Notes: generated by a model from the letters alone, not told the origin. DNA of 64,000 nucleotides from Chrysomallon squamiferum (GCA_012295275.1 CM022675.1:13640001-13704000); one strand, 5' to 3'; counted from the stretch's first letter, positions 1-14,247 are shown. Numbers and translations are program-made.

Positions 1-110
1 ACGAAGAAAAAGTAATTATATAAAAAAAGAAATATCTAAAAAAAAAAGATAAAAGAAACGATGTGTGTGGTTAATTAAAAATGGTAAAAACAGGAAGATA
101 GGAATGTGGG

Positions 111-224
111 ATGATGCAACAGAGGTTGCTGTCGTCATCGTGGCATGCAGCAGTGATACTCACAGGCCAATCCCAGTTTGTAGTGGGTGTGGTACATCCT
201 TCCTCACACTATGCGCAGACACGT
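111..224 (+). other. Possible first coding exon of AOX copy 1 (tentative)
   Basis: ATG at 111 reads MMQQRLLSSSWHAAVILTGQSQFVVGVVHPSSHYAQTR (no acidic residues, presequence-like) and ends in phase 0 at a weak gtaaaa donor. Its length (114 nt) is close to exon 1 of AOX copy 2 (117 nt). No visible sequence homology supports it. Confidence 0.3.
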
Positions 225-934
225 GTAAAATCAAACAAAGAGCCGACTGTAAAAATAACCACATAATTACAGCTGCAGCTATTTTTAATTTTTCCCTTAA
301 AATAGAACTTTATTTATTTGATTATCTTTCTAATTTATTTAGTTATTTAATTTTTTGTTATTTTATTGTTGTAATTATATTGTTTTAATTTTTATAAAAT
401 TTATTTTATTAGTTTTACTTATTTATTTTTGTTTTCATTTATTCTATTCTATCTTAATTTAAGGGAATATAACAATATATAAATAAACAAAAAATTCTTT
501 ATTTTTCTTTAAAAGGAAATGTATAATAATTTACGGAGAGTAACGTTATTTTATGACATAACACTTATTTTTAATATTACGTTTTAATTCATCCCTCTTT
601 TCCTCTGTGTGTGAACTAAAATAAAATGGGTATATCTAACAAGTGTTTCTGAAAGATTAATAATTTAATAAGTTTTAAATATTCTGTACACGGACATCAC
701 TCATGGCAACATATGTTGAAGAAATAAATTTAATTTTTTTAAAAAAAAATCAATAAAATATTATTTAGAATGAATGTATTTCTGTTTAAAAATATCACAT
801 TTATTAGTGGAAAACTGTTGAAATTAATAAAATAAAATGCATTGCTATATACAGTCTGAAACATCACACACACGCATACACACATACACAATTTGTGTGT
901 TGTATGCATGCATGTTCATTTCTTTTGTCCTGTT

Positions 935-980
<46 letters not shown>

Positions 981-1002
981 CAACAACATTTCATTTACCC
1001 AG

Positions 1003-1378
1003 GCTCCAGCTCGATGCCTTGCTACAAAGATTGACTTGACCAAAGAAGTGAGGGACACAGAAGAGTTGCATCCAGACAAAATACCCAAACCTGATCGGCT
1101 GGGTCACTTCAAGAGCAGCCGAGCCAAGGAGGTGCCCGACCCAGACAGCCTGGAACACTTCAAGTTAGTACAAGCATTACATTCTCATCAGTAATTTAAT
1201 TTACATCTATAATTTAATTCAAAATTTCCATTAGTATTCAGTATGAACTTTGATGTATAATTAATATATTCAGTACAATGCTAACCTATATTTCTATTTA
1301 TTATTATTTTTTTTTAATTTAATTTATTATTTAATTATTCAGTTTATTTTTTTTTAATTTAATTTTATTATTTTGTTG

Positions 1379-1436
<58 letters not shown>

Positions 1437-1457
1437 GTATTTGTTTCTTTGTAGCGA

Positions 1458-1490
<33 letters not shown>

Positions 1491-1541
1491 TGTCTGTTGT
1501 TTGTTCGTTTGTATCTGTTTTAATATTGTCTTACTTGTGTG

Positions 1542-1589
<48 letters not shown>

Positions 1590-1843
1590 TCCTTATGGCC
1601 TTGACTGAAATGAACTCAGTATAATGTAAACACTTAACCTATGGCTTTGATTGGCTAACTCGATGTAAACACAGACAGATGCAGATCGTTTGACGTAGCA
1701 AGCTCATAATTTCTAAAAATAGATTTCTACCGTGGCCTTGATAGATAAAAACAGCAACCTTGTTTTCGTGTAACTAACACAGTTGCTGAACACCAATGTT
1801 AATGACCTGTCTTTTCGTTACTAGGAGGCAAATTAATCCTTGC

Positions 1844-1881
<38 letters not shown>

Positions 1882-1953
1882 TTATTATTATAATTTATTA
1901 TTAATGATTTTACAGTAATTATAATTTGTCTCCAAACATGACTTTTTTAATGT

Positions 1954-2008
<55 letters not shown>

Positions 2009-2514
2009 CCAACATTATTTTATGAAAATAATTTTTAAATTTGTATTTTTAAAATTTTATTCTTTCAGGGAATCAAGACATAAAGTTGAGATTGATGCCG
2101 CTTTGACCACAACCGGACCCCCACCCCCTCCCGGCGTCATTACACTGCCACACCCAATATGGTAAGTGTGATAAGTTATTGTAGTTTGTGTAACTTTAAT
2201 AATACCACGAATTCAAAATAAAATGTTTTGTTTTCTACATTTGAGTATTTTATATTTATTTGTTTATTTTTACTGTAAAGTATTTATTTATTAATTAATT
2301 AATTTATTTATTTATTTAAATAATTTTGCAGGCAGGAGGATCAGCTTCAGAAAGTTCAGATTACCCACAAACCACCGGAGACGTTCACAGACAGGGTAAA
2401 ATTTATTTATTTGTTTGTTTGTTTGTTTCATTTCTAAACATTGGAAATTAAAATCTCGTGTATTATTTTTTAGTTATCAATGGTTTTTATTTTTTAAATA
2501 TTCCTCGTTTATTA

Positions 2515-2575
<61 letters not shown>

Positions 2576-2630
2576 TCATTTTATTTCATTTATATATTTA
2601 TTTATTATCATTAATTGTTTTGTATTATGT

Positions 2631-2669
<39 letters not shown>

Positions 2670-2947
2670 CAGCTGGCTTTCTACAATGTACAGTTACTAA
2701 GGAAAGTTTTTGATATTTTATCTGGTTTCACAACAGGAGAAAGAACTGAGAGAAAATGGCTTAAGTAAGTCTTATTTATTTTTTTTTTTTTTTTTTTTTT
2801 AAATTAGTTTTTAATTATTATATGTTTTTTGTTTACTTTTTATTTGTTTCTTATTTATTATTTAATAAATAAATAAGTAGTAATAGTAACAATGGTAGCT
2901 GTAGTAATAGCAGCAATAATAATAATAACAACAACAACAACAACAAC

Positions 2948-2980
<33 letters not shown>

Positions 2981-4764
2981 TATAATTATAATTATGTAAA
3001 AAGAAGAGTTTATTTGTTTATGTTTTATTTATTTTTTTAATGCAATATACATATATTAGGTCATTATGTAATATGCATTTTGATGTGTTACATGTTATGA
3101 CGTAACATAAATTTTAAATATATTTACAAACTATGTTTTACAGTCGTATAAGTTTCCTGGAGACGGTTGCCGGGGTACCGGGAATGGTGGCGGCCATGTT
3201 GAGACATATGAGGTCATTAAGAAGACTACAGAGAGATTTCGGCTGGATTCACACACTTCTTGGTAAGTGAGGAGAAACCTAACTTGGTTTGTTGGGAGAA
3301 TTACTGGTACTCTGACAATGTTTAATGAAATCTAAAATTTTGTAAAAAAAAATAAAATAATAAAAAAAAAAAAATAAAAAAGGATATAATTTTAATAGCT
3401 TAAGTTCAAATTCTGTTATATTTTAATTAATAACTTTTTAATAACAATTTATACATTAAATAATTAATCAATTAATTAATCAATACACAGAAGTGTTGTT
3501 AACTGTAACAGCTATATTTTATAAGGTGTATTTATTTATTTCACAGAGGAGGCTGAAAACGAAAGAATGCATTTACTAACCGCCCTACAGCTCAGAAAAC
3601 CTTCGCTTCTTTTCAAACTTTCTGTAATTGCTTCACAAGGTATGTTTACACTCATTTCTTTCAATATTAATTTAATTAGATGATAATTAAACTAGTATAT
3701 AGTTTTTATTATTATTATTATTATTATTTATTTTGTTTATTATAATTATTTATTTATTTATGTAGTTATTTACCTATTATATATATTTTTTTTGTGTGTG
3801 TGCTGTGGAGTTTTAATTAATTTTATTATCATTTTAATTATATTTTAAGAAAATCTTTATTCAAATCGTCTTCCATTATATAAAATGATGCATGATTTTT
3901 ACAAGAATTGATTAAAAAAGAACAAAAATAAACTAATTATATTTCTTAATTTATTTATTTATTTATTAATACAGTTTATATAATTGGATTTAGTGACAAC
4001 ATTGAAATATCCAATTGGCTGATTAAGTTATGATAATTAAGTCATTGATTAAACAATGTGATTGGTCAGTCACTTTGTAACGAGGTATCTGATTGGTTCC
4101 AGGTGTATTTGTAACATGGTTTGCAATCTGTTATATGCTGAGTCCCAGATTTTGTCATCGTTTCGTTGGTTACCTGGAAGAGGAAGCCGTAAAAACATAC
4201 AGCAAATGTTTAGAGGTATTTATATATTTATTTATATATTTATTTATTTATATATTTATCTATTTATTTATTTATTTTCTTATTTATATGTTAACATATT
4301 TATTTATTTATTTATCTATTTACTTATTTATTTTCTTATTTATATGTTAACATATTTATGTATTTATTTATTTATTTATTTATTAACATACTTATTTATA
4401 TATTAACTTACTTATTTATATACTTATTTATTTATTTATTTATTAATATACATACTTATTTACTTACTTGTTTATTAACTTACTTATTTATATATTTATT
4501 TATTTATTTATTTATTTATTCATTTATTTATTTATTTTTCATTTATTTATTTATTTTCTGACTTGTTAAGTAAATGAATAGTGTAAAGGTAGAGAACCAT
4601 GCTCTCTACACTAATATATGAGTGTGTATGTGAGGGGGGTGTACAGGTATATTATTAATTGTTTGTTGTTGTTAATTCAGGACATTGAAAAGGGTCCCCT
4701 GCAGCACTGGAACACACAGCCCGCCCCAGAAGTAGCTCTCAGATACTGGAAACTCAAAGTAAGT

Positions 4765-4845
<81 letters not shown>

Positions 4846-5488
4846 TCATGAATTTTTTGACAAATGTCAAATTGTTGTGTATTCTAGATTAAAATATAAT
4901 CAGTTATGCAAATTTTCAAGAATATATACATGAGAACATATTTCACATATTTGGAAGTTCATTATAACACATTGCTATACACTGATGAATACATTATAAC
5001 ACATTGCAATACACTGTACTAGTATTTTACATTGATGAATACATTATAACACATTGCTATACACTGTACTAGTATTTTACATTGATGAATACATTATAAC
5101 ACATTGCTATACACTGTACTAGTATTTTACATTGATGAATACATTATAACACATTGCTATACACTGTACTAGTATTTTACATTGATGAATACATGATAAC
5201 ACATTGCTATACACTGTACTAGTATTTTACATTGATGAATACATTATAACACATTGCTATACACTGTACTAGTATTTTACATTGATGAATACATTATAAT
5301 AAATTATGTTCGTATATTACATTGATGAATACATTATAATAAATTATGTTAATGTTTTACAGGAGGATGCGACGATGAAAGATGTCATCCTCGCTATTCG
5401 GGCTGATGAAGCACATCACCGTGTTGTCAACCATACGTTGGCGTCGATGAAGACGGATCAGTTTAACCCGTACAAACCAGGAGAATGA
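1003..5488 (+). CDS. AOX: Alternative oxidase (mitochondrial ubiquinol oxidase), copy 1; 5' exon(s) not confidently located
   Basis: Nine GT-AG exons splice in frame: 1003-1163, 2069-2161, 2332-2395, 2673-2764, 3144-3262, 3547-3639, 4103-4215, 4681-4758, 5363-5488 (939 nt including TGA). The translation has the four AOX di-iron motifs [29 protein letters not shown] and RADEAHHR, plus the animal-type C-terminus NPYKPGE*. Exon 1003 starts in phase 0, so an upstream exon is required. It is either the weak candidate 111-224 or lies outside the window. Confidence 0.95.
4991..5360. repeat. 50-bp minisatellite in the last intron of AOX copy 1
   Basis: Six near-identical copies of acattataacacattgctatacactgtactagtattttacattgatgaat (4991-5290), followed by two related shorter units that run into the exon acceptor at 5361-5362. 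Confidence 0.92.
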
Positions 5489-7375
5489 AAGAAGAAGGAA
5501 TACTTTTATCGTTTCGACAAGATGTGAACATGAAGCCTGAACATAGAAGACCTCTGATGTTGTGACAGTAAAAACAAACATTTCTATTTTTAAAAAAACA
5601 AACAATTTTTTATTATTATTTACCTCAGTTTTTGTTTATTTTAAATCCTGTTTATTTGGTGTTTAGTGAATTTTCACACTCGTGTTGTTAGTTGCTGAAT
5701 TTTAACAGTTGTGTTTGTCAGGTTAGTAACACAAACTGAAGATTTAATATATATTTTAATTGTCACATACATGATTTTACTGAACATGGCGAGGTACAGA
5801 CAATATTGCATGACTCAGATATGATTCTGCGTCTGGAAGAAGAAGCTTCATCACATCGGACAATTTACGAGAGATATGAAAAAAAAAACAACAACATTAC
5901 AACAAAAACAGCTGTTATTTATTTTATCATTTTTTCATTGTTATTTTGCAGGACTTTTTACATTTCATGCATTCTTATATTTTTATTTGCATATACAGAT
6001 ATGGATTGAAAATATAATTTTTAAAATATTTTTAAAGCAATATTTTATAATTATAAACCATTAAAAAAAAAAAAATGTATGGGGACTGTTAACTCTTTTA
6101 GTGTTTTGTAAAAGGATTCGAACTTTAAAGAGTTTATATTGTGGCTCAGATTAAGGTTTATTGATTATGTATCATGAGATTTTTTTTTTTTTTTTTTAAT
6201 ATTTATTAATTTAGTGTGTGTGAAAATCAATACAGGGTAAAATTAATTTCGGATTATAAAAAAAAATAAAATATAGGTAATCAGTTCAGTTTCATAATGT
6301 ATAAATTATGGTAGCTTTACGGTGAAAAGTGATGCAACAGAAATGCATACACTTACATGAGGTGGGTGATTTAAGTATGGTGAGATGTGGGTAGATATGA
6401 GGTGGGCTATTTTAGAGGTGGGATATTTTAGAGGTGGGATATTATGTGGTGGGTATACTTTGATCTGTGATACATTTTTATTATTAATGTATTGATTGAC
6501 TAATAATCTTAATTAAAATAAAAAAAAAAAAAAAAAATAAAAAAAAAATTCATAATAAATTAAACAAAAATACTAAAACTAAAACAAAATAATAAAAATT
6601 AATTTTAATAAATTTTATTCATTTGATGTTAAATGTTATTTAGAAATTTTTTCTTTTTTTTTGTATTTAAAATATGACCTAGACATTTTCAGAAATAAGA
6701 TGTATAAATAACATTTTATCAGATAAAATTTCAAATTCAGTTAAATACATGAACATTTTTAAAAATAATAATAATTAAGAAAGAAAATGTGCAGGGCATA
6801 TTAGAATACATATTATTTATTAATTTATTTAAAAGATCTTTACAGTTTTATTAAAAATGAAGTTCTATACACTTTGATATAATTTCTTGTGTCATTCATA
6901 TCATCATTATTTGTTCACTTGTTCATTTATTTTTGTTTTTGTTTATTTTCTTATGTTACATGCATACCCATTAGTCATTGTATTTATTTATTTTTATAGT
7001 TACACCATTCCAAACATCCTACATATCTTAAATACTTCCTTGTTTTCAGTGAAAAAAAAAAAAAAAAAAAAAATAGAACATTTAAAAATATTATTTTTTT
7101 ATTTTATAATTTATTTTAATTTTAAAAACTCATGTAGAATTCTAGTCTTTCATTTTATTTTATCTATAATTTTATACAAGAGATTTTGAATGAAGGACAA
7201 CTTTTTGAAAGACTTTTTTTTGGAATGATGGTTAAAGATTCTGGATTTGAAAAATATGAATTATAGTGGATGTTTGGTATTATGAAGTGAAAAAAACTAA
7301 TTTTGAGAACACTTGGTTCAGAGATGATATGGGGACAGAACATAATTAGAGAAGTGTATGTTTATTTATTTATTG

Positions 7376-7410
<35 letters not shown>

Positions 7411-8012
7411 GTTATTATTGTTGTTGACTCAAAAAAAAAAAAAAAAAAAAAAAAAATGAAAAGAAAAGAAAAGTTAACTTAAAAAAAAAAAGAAAAAAAA
7501 AAAAAAAAAAAAAATGGATGTGTTATAAAATGTGTTCATTTATTTAAGTTCAAAATTTAAAAAAAAGAAAAAAAAAAAAAAATATTAAACACTGACAGTT
7601 TTAAGACCCTCCAGTCTGTGTTTCTGAACAGACCCTCAATGTTAGATTGTGTTGCTTAATGTTGTTTCCTTTTTTATAGTCAGTTGTTCAGATTTACAAA
7701 ATCTGTTGTATATTTATTAGTGTTAAATTATTTTGTCACTGTGTAAATGTGTGCGTTCAAATGCATGTACCATATCAGTTAAAGCTTCAGATTAGCTACT
7801 TGTTTATGTTTATTAAGCTTTCTTTTTGTATTTATTCTCAGCCTTGGTAGATTCATATACACTTCATTTTTTGTTTCTTATATTTTGTTCTGTTGTTTGT
7901 ATGATCATTCAGATATTATTTTGTACTGAAACAGCGTCCTATCTTGTTGTTTTTTTTTTTTTTGAACAAAGAAAGAAACTCTATATTTATATATTCAGCT
8001 TGTTTTTCTTTT

Positions 8013-8046
<34 letters not shown>

Positions 8047-8262
8047 TAATAAGATAGTTGAAAAGCAAGACTATCAATCCTGAGGTTTTAAATGTTATTC
8101 CTGTGCTGGCTGAAACTGTTAAGAGGATGTGAGCACTACAGGCGTACTTAACAACTGTTTGTCTTGACTAGTTTTAATATTTTGACTGTAAGGGTTAATG
8201 AATGAAGCAGAGGTTTGGCATTATAAATGCTCTATCTTGCCATATGTTAATAAAATAATGTT

Positions 8263-8304
<42 letters not shown>

Positions 8305-9063
8305 TAACAGTTATAATATAATGATGATGATAATGACATTTTATAGTAATAAATATAATAATAAATTAATAATAACAAACATGGTGATCATAAAAGTAAC
8401 AATGAAAATAACCATAACAAAATAATAAATAAATAAATAATTAGAAAAACAAATGTGATAAAACTTAGAAGTAACTAAACAATATGTGGACTGTCAAGAC
8501 TGTAAGTGTACTAACGATGAAATTAAAAATAAAAATATAACAAATTCTGTATGAAATACAGGACTACAAGTATTTGAAACTATTTGCTATTAGCAAAATG
8601 TCATTTCTGAAGTGTGATTAAATCAGAAACCTGGTTGCTCTATTTTTAAATTTAAAAAAAGAAGAAGCAAAAAAAATAAATAGAAAATTAGTCAGGTTTA
8701 ACCTTCATTATTTCAGCATTTGACTGGATCTGAACCATCAGGATAAAGTAAACAACAAAGATATTAACTGCAAACATGAGTAAAAAATATCAGGTTGTTA
8801 TTTGAAAAAAAAAAAAAAAAAAAAATAATAATAACAATAATAATAACAACAACATCAGTAATAATTAAGAACTAAATAAAAAATAGCTTAATGCTAGAGA
8901 AAATCATTTCGCAAAGTCTTATAAGAAAGAAGAGGAAATCCATTACAGTTTCCATAGCAACTCTAATAAGAAATCACTTAGTATAATTTGACATTAGGTA
9001 CAGGTTATCTGATATAATGTCATCATAGGATTAATTTTATTTTTGTCATTACCTGTATGTCTT

Positions 9064-9105
<42 letters not shown>

Positions 9106-9109
9106 TACT

Positions 9110-9186
<77 letters not shown>

Positions 9187-9682
9187 AACTATGCACACAG
9201 ACACAGATATATATAAATACTAAAATTTTGCAAATGAAAAATAAAGTATTTTTATTTATTTATTTTTTTATATTTTACAAGCTCAGCTTGTTAAATTGAT
9301 CAGTAAATGTATTTAAAATTACTCAACATTGAAAAACAGAAAAGATTTTCAATGGTAAAAGTAAAATGTGTCCATTAATTCTTGTTACAGGAATTACACA
9401 GTTTTGTTTTTTACCAGTACGTCTACACTGTAGATTGAGGTACTGTTATAAGGTTTCATTACAAACAGGGAGACACACAGACACACAGATGTACATAGAT
9501 ACACATATCTATGCTGACATATCTTTATTTTCATAAATATTCACTCAAGTCTCCATACAAACATACACATATACATACAAACATAACTACACAACACACA
9601 CACACATATATATACATATACATACATGCATGACACACAAAATTTACACATACATATGCACATGTATGCACAGACACAGGCA

Positions 9683-9742
<60 letters not shown>

Positions 9743-10338
9743 AACATGCACGTTTATAAATACACACACATGTACTCACAAACACACACACATACAGTAA
9801 TACTACTACTACAAATAATAATAATAACAATAACAACAATAACAAAATATTAATATGTATATAGCAACAAAAACAAAATAATAAAACCAGTACAAATAAT
9901 ATGTTCTGATTCATTCAGTATACACTTCATCACTTAAACAGATATAAAATAGGAATTGCTGAAAATAATATTCACGTTATCAAGTTACACTTTTTTACTA
10001 TGCACTTTGAAAACTGCTTATTTTTAATTTGTCTATCACAAAAAAATTGTTATTTGCACACTTGTCTTTTCACAATTTGTAATAAGAATTAAAATATTTA
10101 TTACTGCATTTGTAACTTACGACATAACAATATAATTATCATATTTATAATTTTTAATGATGTTAAATGTATAAAAAATTGTGCTTTTATTTATTTATTT
10201 ATTTATTTATTAAACAAAACAATATTATAAATATTTTATATACAGTACAGCCATATCTTTATGTGCCATCTAAGACTGAATATTAATTCTCAGAAGAAAA
10301 ATAATAATTTTTCGCAATGGATAAATTTATTCATTCAA

Positions 10339-10412
<74 letters not shown>

Positions 10413-11039
10413 GTAGTAACAATAATATAATGAAAAAAATTAATAAATTTAAATAGAATGTGGAATTCAATATGAAATATAAAAAATAAAATAAAACAGT
10501 AATAAATAAAATAAATAATAATGATGATAATTGAAAAACACTGTAGCTCATTATATAGAAACAGGGTTTTCAGTCTTTCATACAAAGATTTAGTCTTTCA
10601 TCTAGTATTATATTTATTATGGTTTTATTTTTTTCAGATATATCTTTTCTTTTTAATACACATATAGAATAGTATAGTTATTTACTGTTTGCATACCAAT
10701 ATTTTGTTGTTATTTTTATCATTTATTAATTATTGTTTTCTCAATGAATTTTTAATTCTATGTATGTACATATATATATATATGTTATATACATAAATGT
10801 TATATATTAAATTTTCAGATTCAGAGCTGACATTTTTGTCGTTGTGACTAGCCATATAAAAAAATTTTAAAAATGTAATAAAAGTTCACAGGAGCAAAAA
10901 TTATATGTTTTTTGTTGTAACACGACTGAGCAGTTGATTTTATCACAGACCGTGTGCACAACAAATGTGCTTGGACCATTTACAGACCATTGTGTATTAT
11001 AACTATAAATGTGTATTACTACAAAAGGTGTAATCAAAT

Positions 11040-11260
11040 CCATCGACAGTGGCGCCCACACGCACCCACGCTAACGTGCGTTCAGTAAAATACGTTCGAC
11101 AGTCGACAAAACGAGTTTTGATGGCAATTCTCGCGATATTTAAAGCAGTAAATTATAATAAATGTTGTGCGTTACTTTTAGAAAGCCGAGTGTCGTAAAT
11201 TACTGTCAGTTTTGATGTAAATATGTTATCTCAAATCTTAAAAAAGTAGTGCGGTATTTT
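11040..11260. promoter_or_regulatory. CpG-rich promoter-like island with no assigned gene
   Basis: Abrupt switch from CpG-poor to CpG-rich sequence. Contains a TCTCGCGA element (~11129-11136) and several ACGT/GCGTG words. Confidence 0.35.
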
Positions 11261-12273
11261 TAGAGAAAGAAAAACGGTTTTAATAATAATAATAATAACA
11301 ACAACAACAACAACAACAACAACAATACCAACAACACCATCAGGGGCGGTTCTATTACGAAACTAATGATGATTAATATTCAGGGCCCCTAAACGGGCGG
11401 TGGGGGGGAGTGGCTGTAGAAGTGACGTCACTCCATACTGTTTAAACATTTTAATCTGTATCTGATATGTTTAGATGTTTAAAATGTGTGGTGATCTGTC
11501 TTGGAAGAAGCCCAGTGAAGTAGAAAACAGTGGTTGCCCAGACTTTGTTGTTGTTTGCGAAGGCCCCAGTAACACTTCAAGATTCAGCTGCTACTACTAC
11601 TACTACTACTAATAATAATAATAATAAAGTAATAATAACACAAATACTACTACTACAACAACAAGTACTACTACTACTACTACGAATACTAATAATAATA
11701 ATAATAGTAACAGACGCTTCTGTTGTTTCTTTTTTTTTTCTTTTTTTTTGTAGGAGACAGCTTGTCTCATGTGTACAGGATGTCCTGGTATGTAGGATCT
11801 GAGTCAGACAGATAACTCTTTTATAACCTTACATTTACTGTTGTAACCTTTGACCTTTACATTCACTCTTCTCTTTTGTTAGCATTTCAAATAAATGTGT
11901 GAAAGAATACACTGTATTTTGTTTTTATTTTAATTGTAAAATAAATAAATGACAAATATATATATATATATATGTTATTTATTTATTTATATAACTAATA
12001 GAAGTAATAATATCGTTGCTTTTATTGTCATTGTTGTTAGTATTATTGTTGTTGTTGTAGTAGTTATTTTTAGATCCATGAATATAATCAGGTTTATTAA
12101 TTAATTTTGTACTAAAGTCAGCTAACAAAGGATTAACGAAGGAGATGTAAGGAAAAAGGAAAAAGAAGAAGTTACTAATAAATAAAACTAAATACATAAT
12201 AGCTGAATACCCACATACATACATACATACATACATGTATATATGTGTGTGTGTCTATATATATATATAGAGA

Positions 12274-12307
<34 letters not shown>

Positions 12308-12439
12308 GTAGATATGCATTTATAAAATGAATAACAAATATAAAATTATTATTATTATTATTTTTTTTTTTTTTACTCGTAAAATATTTAAAGAAATAAA
12401 ATGTAAGATAAAACTGAATGAGACATACTTTTCATTTAT

Positions 12440-12925
12440 TTCATCAGCACACGTAATTTCATTAAATCACGTGACTTATCCATTTCCGAGCACGTTTCCT
12501 CGATTTTGTTCGGTTCATTTCTCAGGGTTTAAGCACGCCTAGACTGATTGCATCGAATATTCCTGGAAAATCCATGCACTGAGAAACACTGGCGTGTTGC
12601 GTGAGAAAGCGTCTGATTGGTTGATTCAGAAAAGGTGAACAACCGATCAATTGGGGAAGCTGCCAATCCTCTACGTACGTATTCTTACGTCATCTAAGTA
12701 CGTAACACGTAGGCGTGACCATCTGGAACTGAATAGGGGAACCCCGGTGTGGTTTGCCTAGTTAAATGAACTCGTAAAACTCCCGACACGCAATTGACAT
12801 GGCGGGAAACAAGATATTCGCCTGCGTGGTTAACACGTGCGTCTGATGAAATCGAAATACTTCTTTGTTAATTACTGTGGTTATTTAGGAACGTCCATTG
12901 GAATGTGTAGGGAGGGGTGAGTGGG
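12440..12925. promoter_or_regulatory. Dense cis-regulatory island (enhancer or orphan promoter) between the 3' ends of the two AOX genes
   Basis: CpG-rich. Contains CACGTG E-boxes and RCGTG words, TTCCTGGAA (STAT-type, 12560-12568), GGGGAACCCC (Rel/NF-kB-type, 12736-12745), CCAAT boxes on both strands, TTACGTCA and TGGCGGGAAA (E2F-type). It ends at a strong gtgagt donor-like site at 12917. Confidence 0.5.
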
Positions 12926-13384
12926 TTCGTATTTGGAAATACAGTTTTTAATCTTAAGCATTTTAATTTATTATTATTCTTTGCTGTTTTGGTTGTTTGT
13001 TTTTTTTCATGGGTATTTTTTAGTCTCTCCATATTTTGTTTGCTTTTTAATGGCTGTTACTGTTATATGCACTTTGAAATTTAGAAGAAAATTAAAAAGA
13101 AATAATAATAATAATAATAACTATTTAATTTTCTATAACTTTATCTGGTTTAGTTTTGTTTTAAGTTATAAAAGTTTTTATTGTAAAGAAGTACTTTTCA
13201 CCACTCTTTTAGTACCTCCACCACCAAAACATAATAAATAAATAAATAAATAAATACTAGATTAATTTAATGAATTACAGTAACGCAACCTTTCTTTTTC
13301 TCTATGTCTTTCTTTCTTTTTTCTATTCTTTTCTTTATTCTGAAGACAGACAGACCTGTAAACAGCAGCAACAATAACAACAGC

Positions 13385-13427
<43 letters not shown>

Positions 13428-13442
13428 GTAATAGTAATAGTA

Positions 13443-13477
<35 letters not shown>

Positions 13478-14247
13478 TCAGTAAAGAAGTAAATAAATAA
13501 CTAGAAAATATCTCAAGAATCCAGTTGAATTCAGGTCATTTATTAAAAGTGAACAGAAAAAAGTTTCGTCAGCTACAAATCTAGTCCGGTTTTGTGAGTC
13601 ACCTTCTTTTCTGACCTTTGACCCTGACTACCCGGATGACCGTTTCCATAACGTCACTTGAATGGATAGGTGTTACGAATTAAAAGATAAGTATAAATCC
13701 TATTTTCATGCTATTTGAAACTATTTTCCAGCTTATTTTGTGCGGAAAATAGTTTTAAATCAATAGGGAAAAAAGATATAAATAAAAATATTATGAAATC
13801 AAGTATAAAAATGTTTAAAAATAATAATTAATGTTAATGAACAAATTTGATCATGTCAAAATTTAATATGAGTGAAGATACTGCTTATTTATTATAATTA
13901 TAGTTGCTGTTTTTGTTGTTGTTCTCCCAGTCATGGCTTATGTTTTGGTTGTCATCATTGATATCCTTAATAAATTATTATTAATGCTGGTTTTGCTGCA
14001 GCTATTATTACTACTATTTATTTATTTATTTATTATTTATTTATTTATTTTTATTTCTGTAAGTGTCCTATATCCACTATTACATAAACAGCTGTTTTTA
14101 TTGTTTTTATTATTGCATCACACCGAGAATAAAGGACATTCAAAATAATGGATTGCGTTTCTGAAACGAATTTAGTTAATTAATATATGATATAAATAAG
14201 AAAACAGACAAAAGCTAAGTCAGAAAAATAAATAAATAAATAAATAA

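Noticed and set aside
4991-5360. Regular repeat arrays (also 33890-34018 and 36755-37320) considered as CRISPR-like
   Set aside because: Head-to-tail tandem units without unique spacers, in eukaryotic intronic or intergenic context, with no cas genes.
8930-9935. Minus-strand RTGATGA words (~9027 and ~9933) as C/D snoRNA C boxes
   Set aside because: No CTGA D box at a suitable distance with terminal stems was found; a covariance-model search would be needed.
11047-11065. TGGCGCCCA as an LTR retrotransposon primer-binding site
   Set aside because: The match to a tRNA 3' end is short, and no LTR pair or gag/pol remnants are visible.
11341-11592. CAGGGGCGG...GGGCCCC segment resembling a hAT-type MITE
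   Set aside because: No convincing matching right terminal inverted repeat or 8-bp target-site duplication could be identified.
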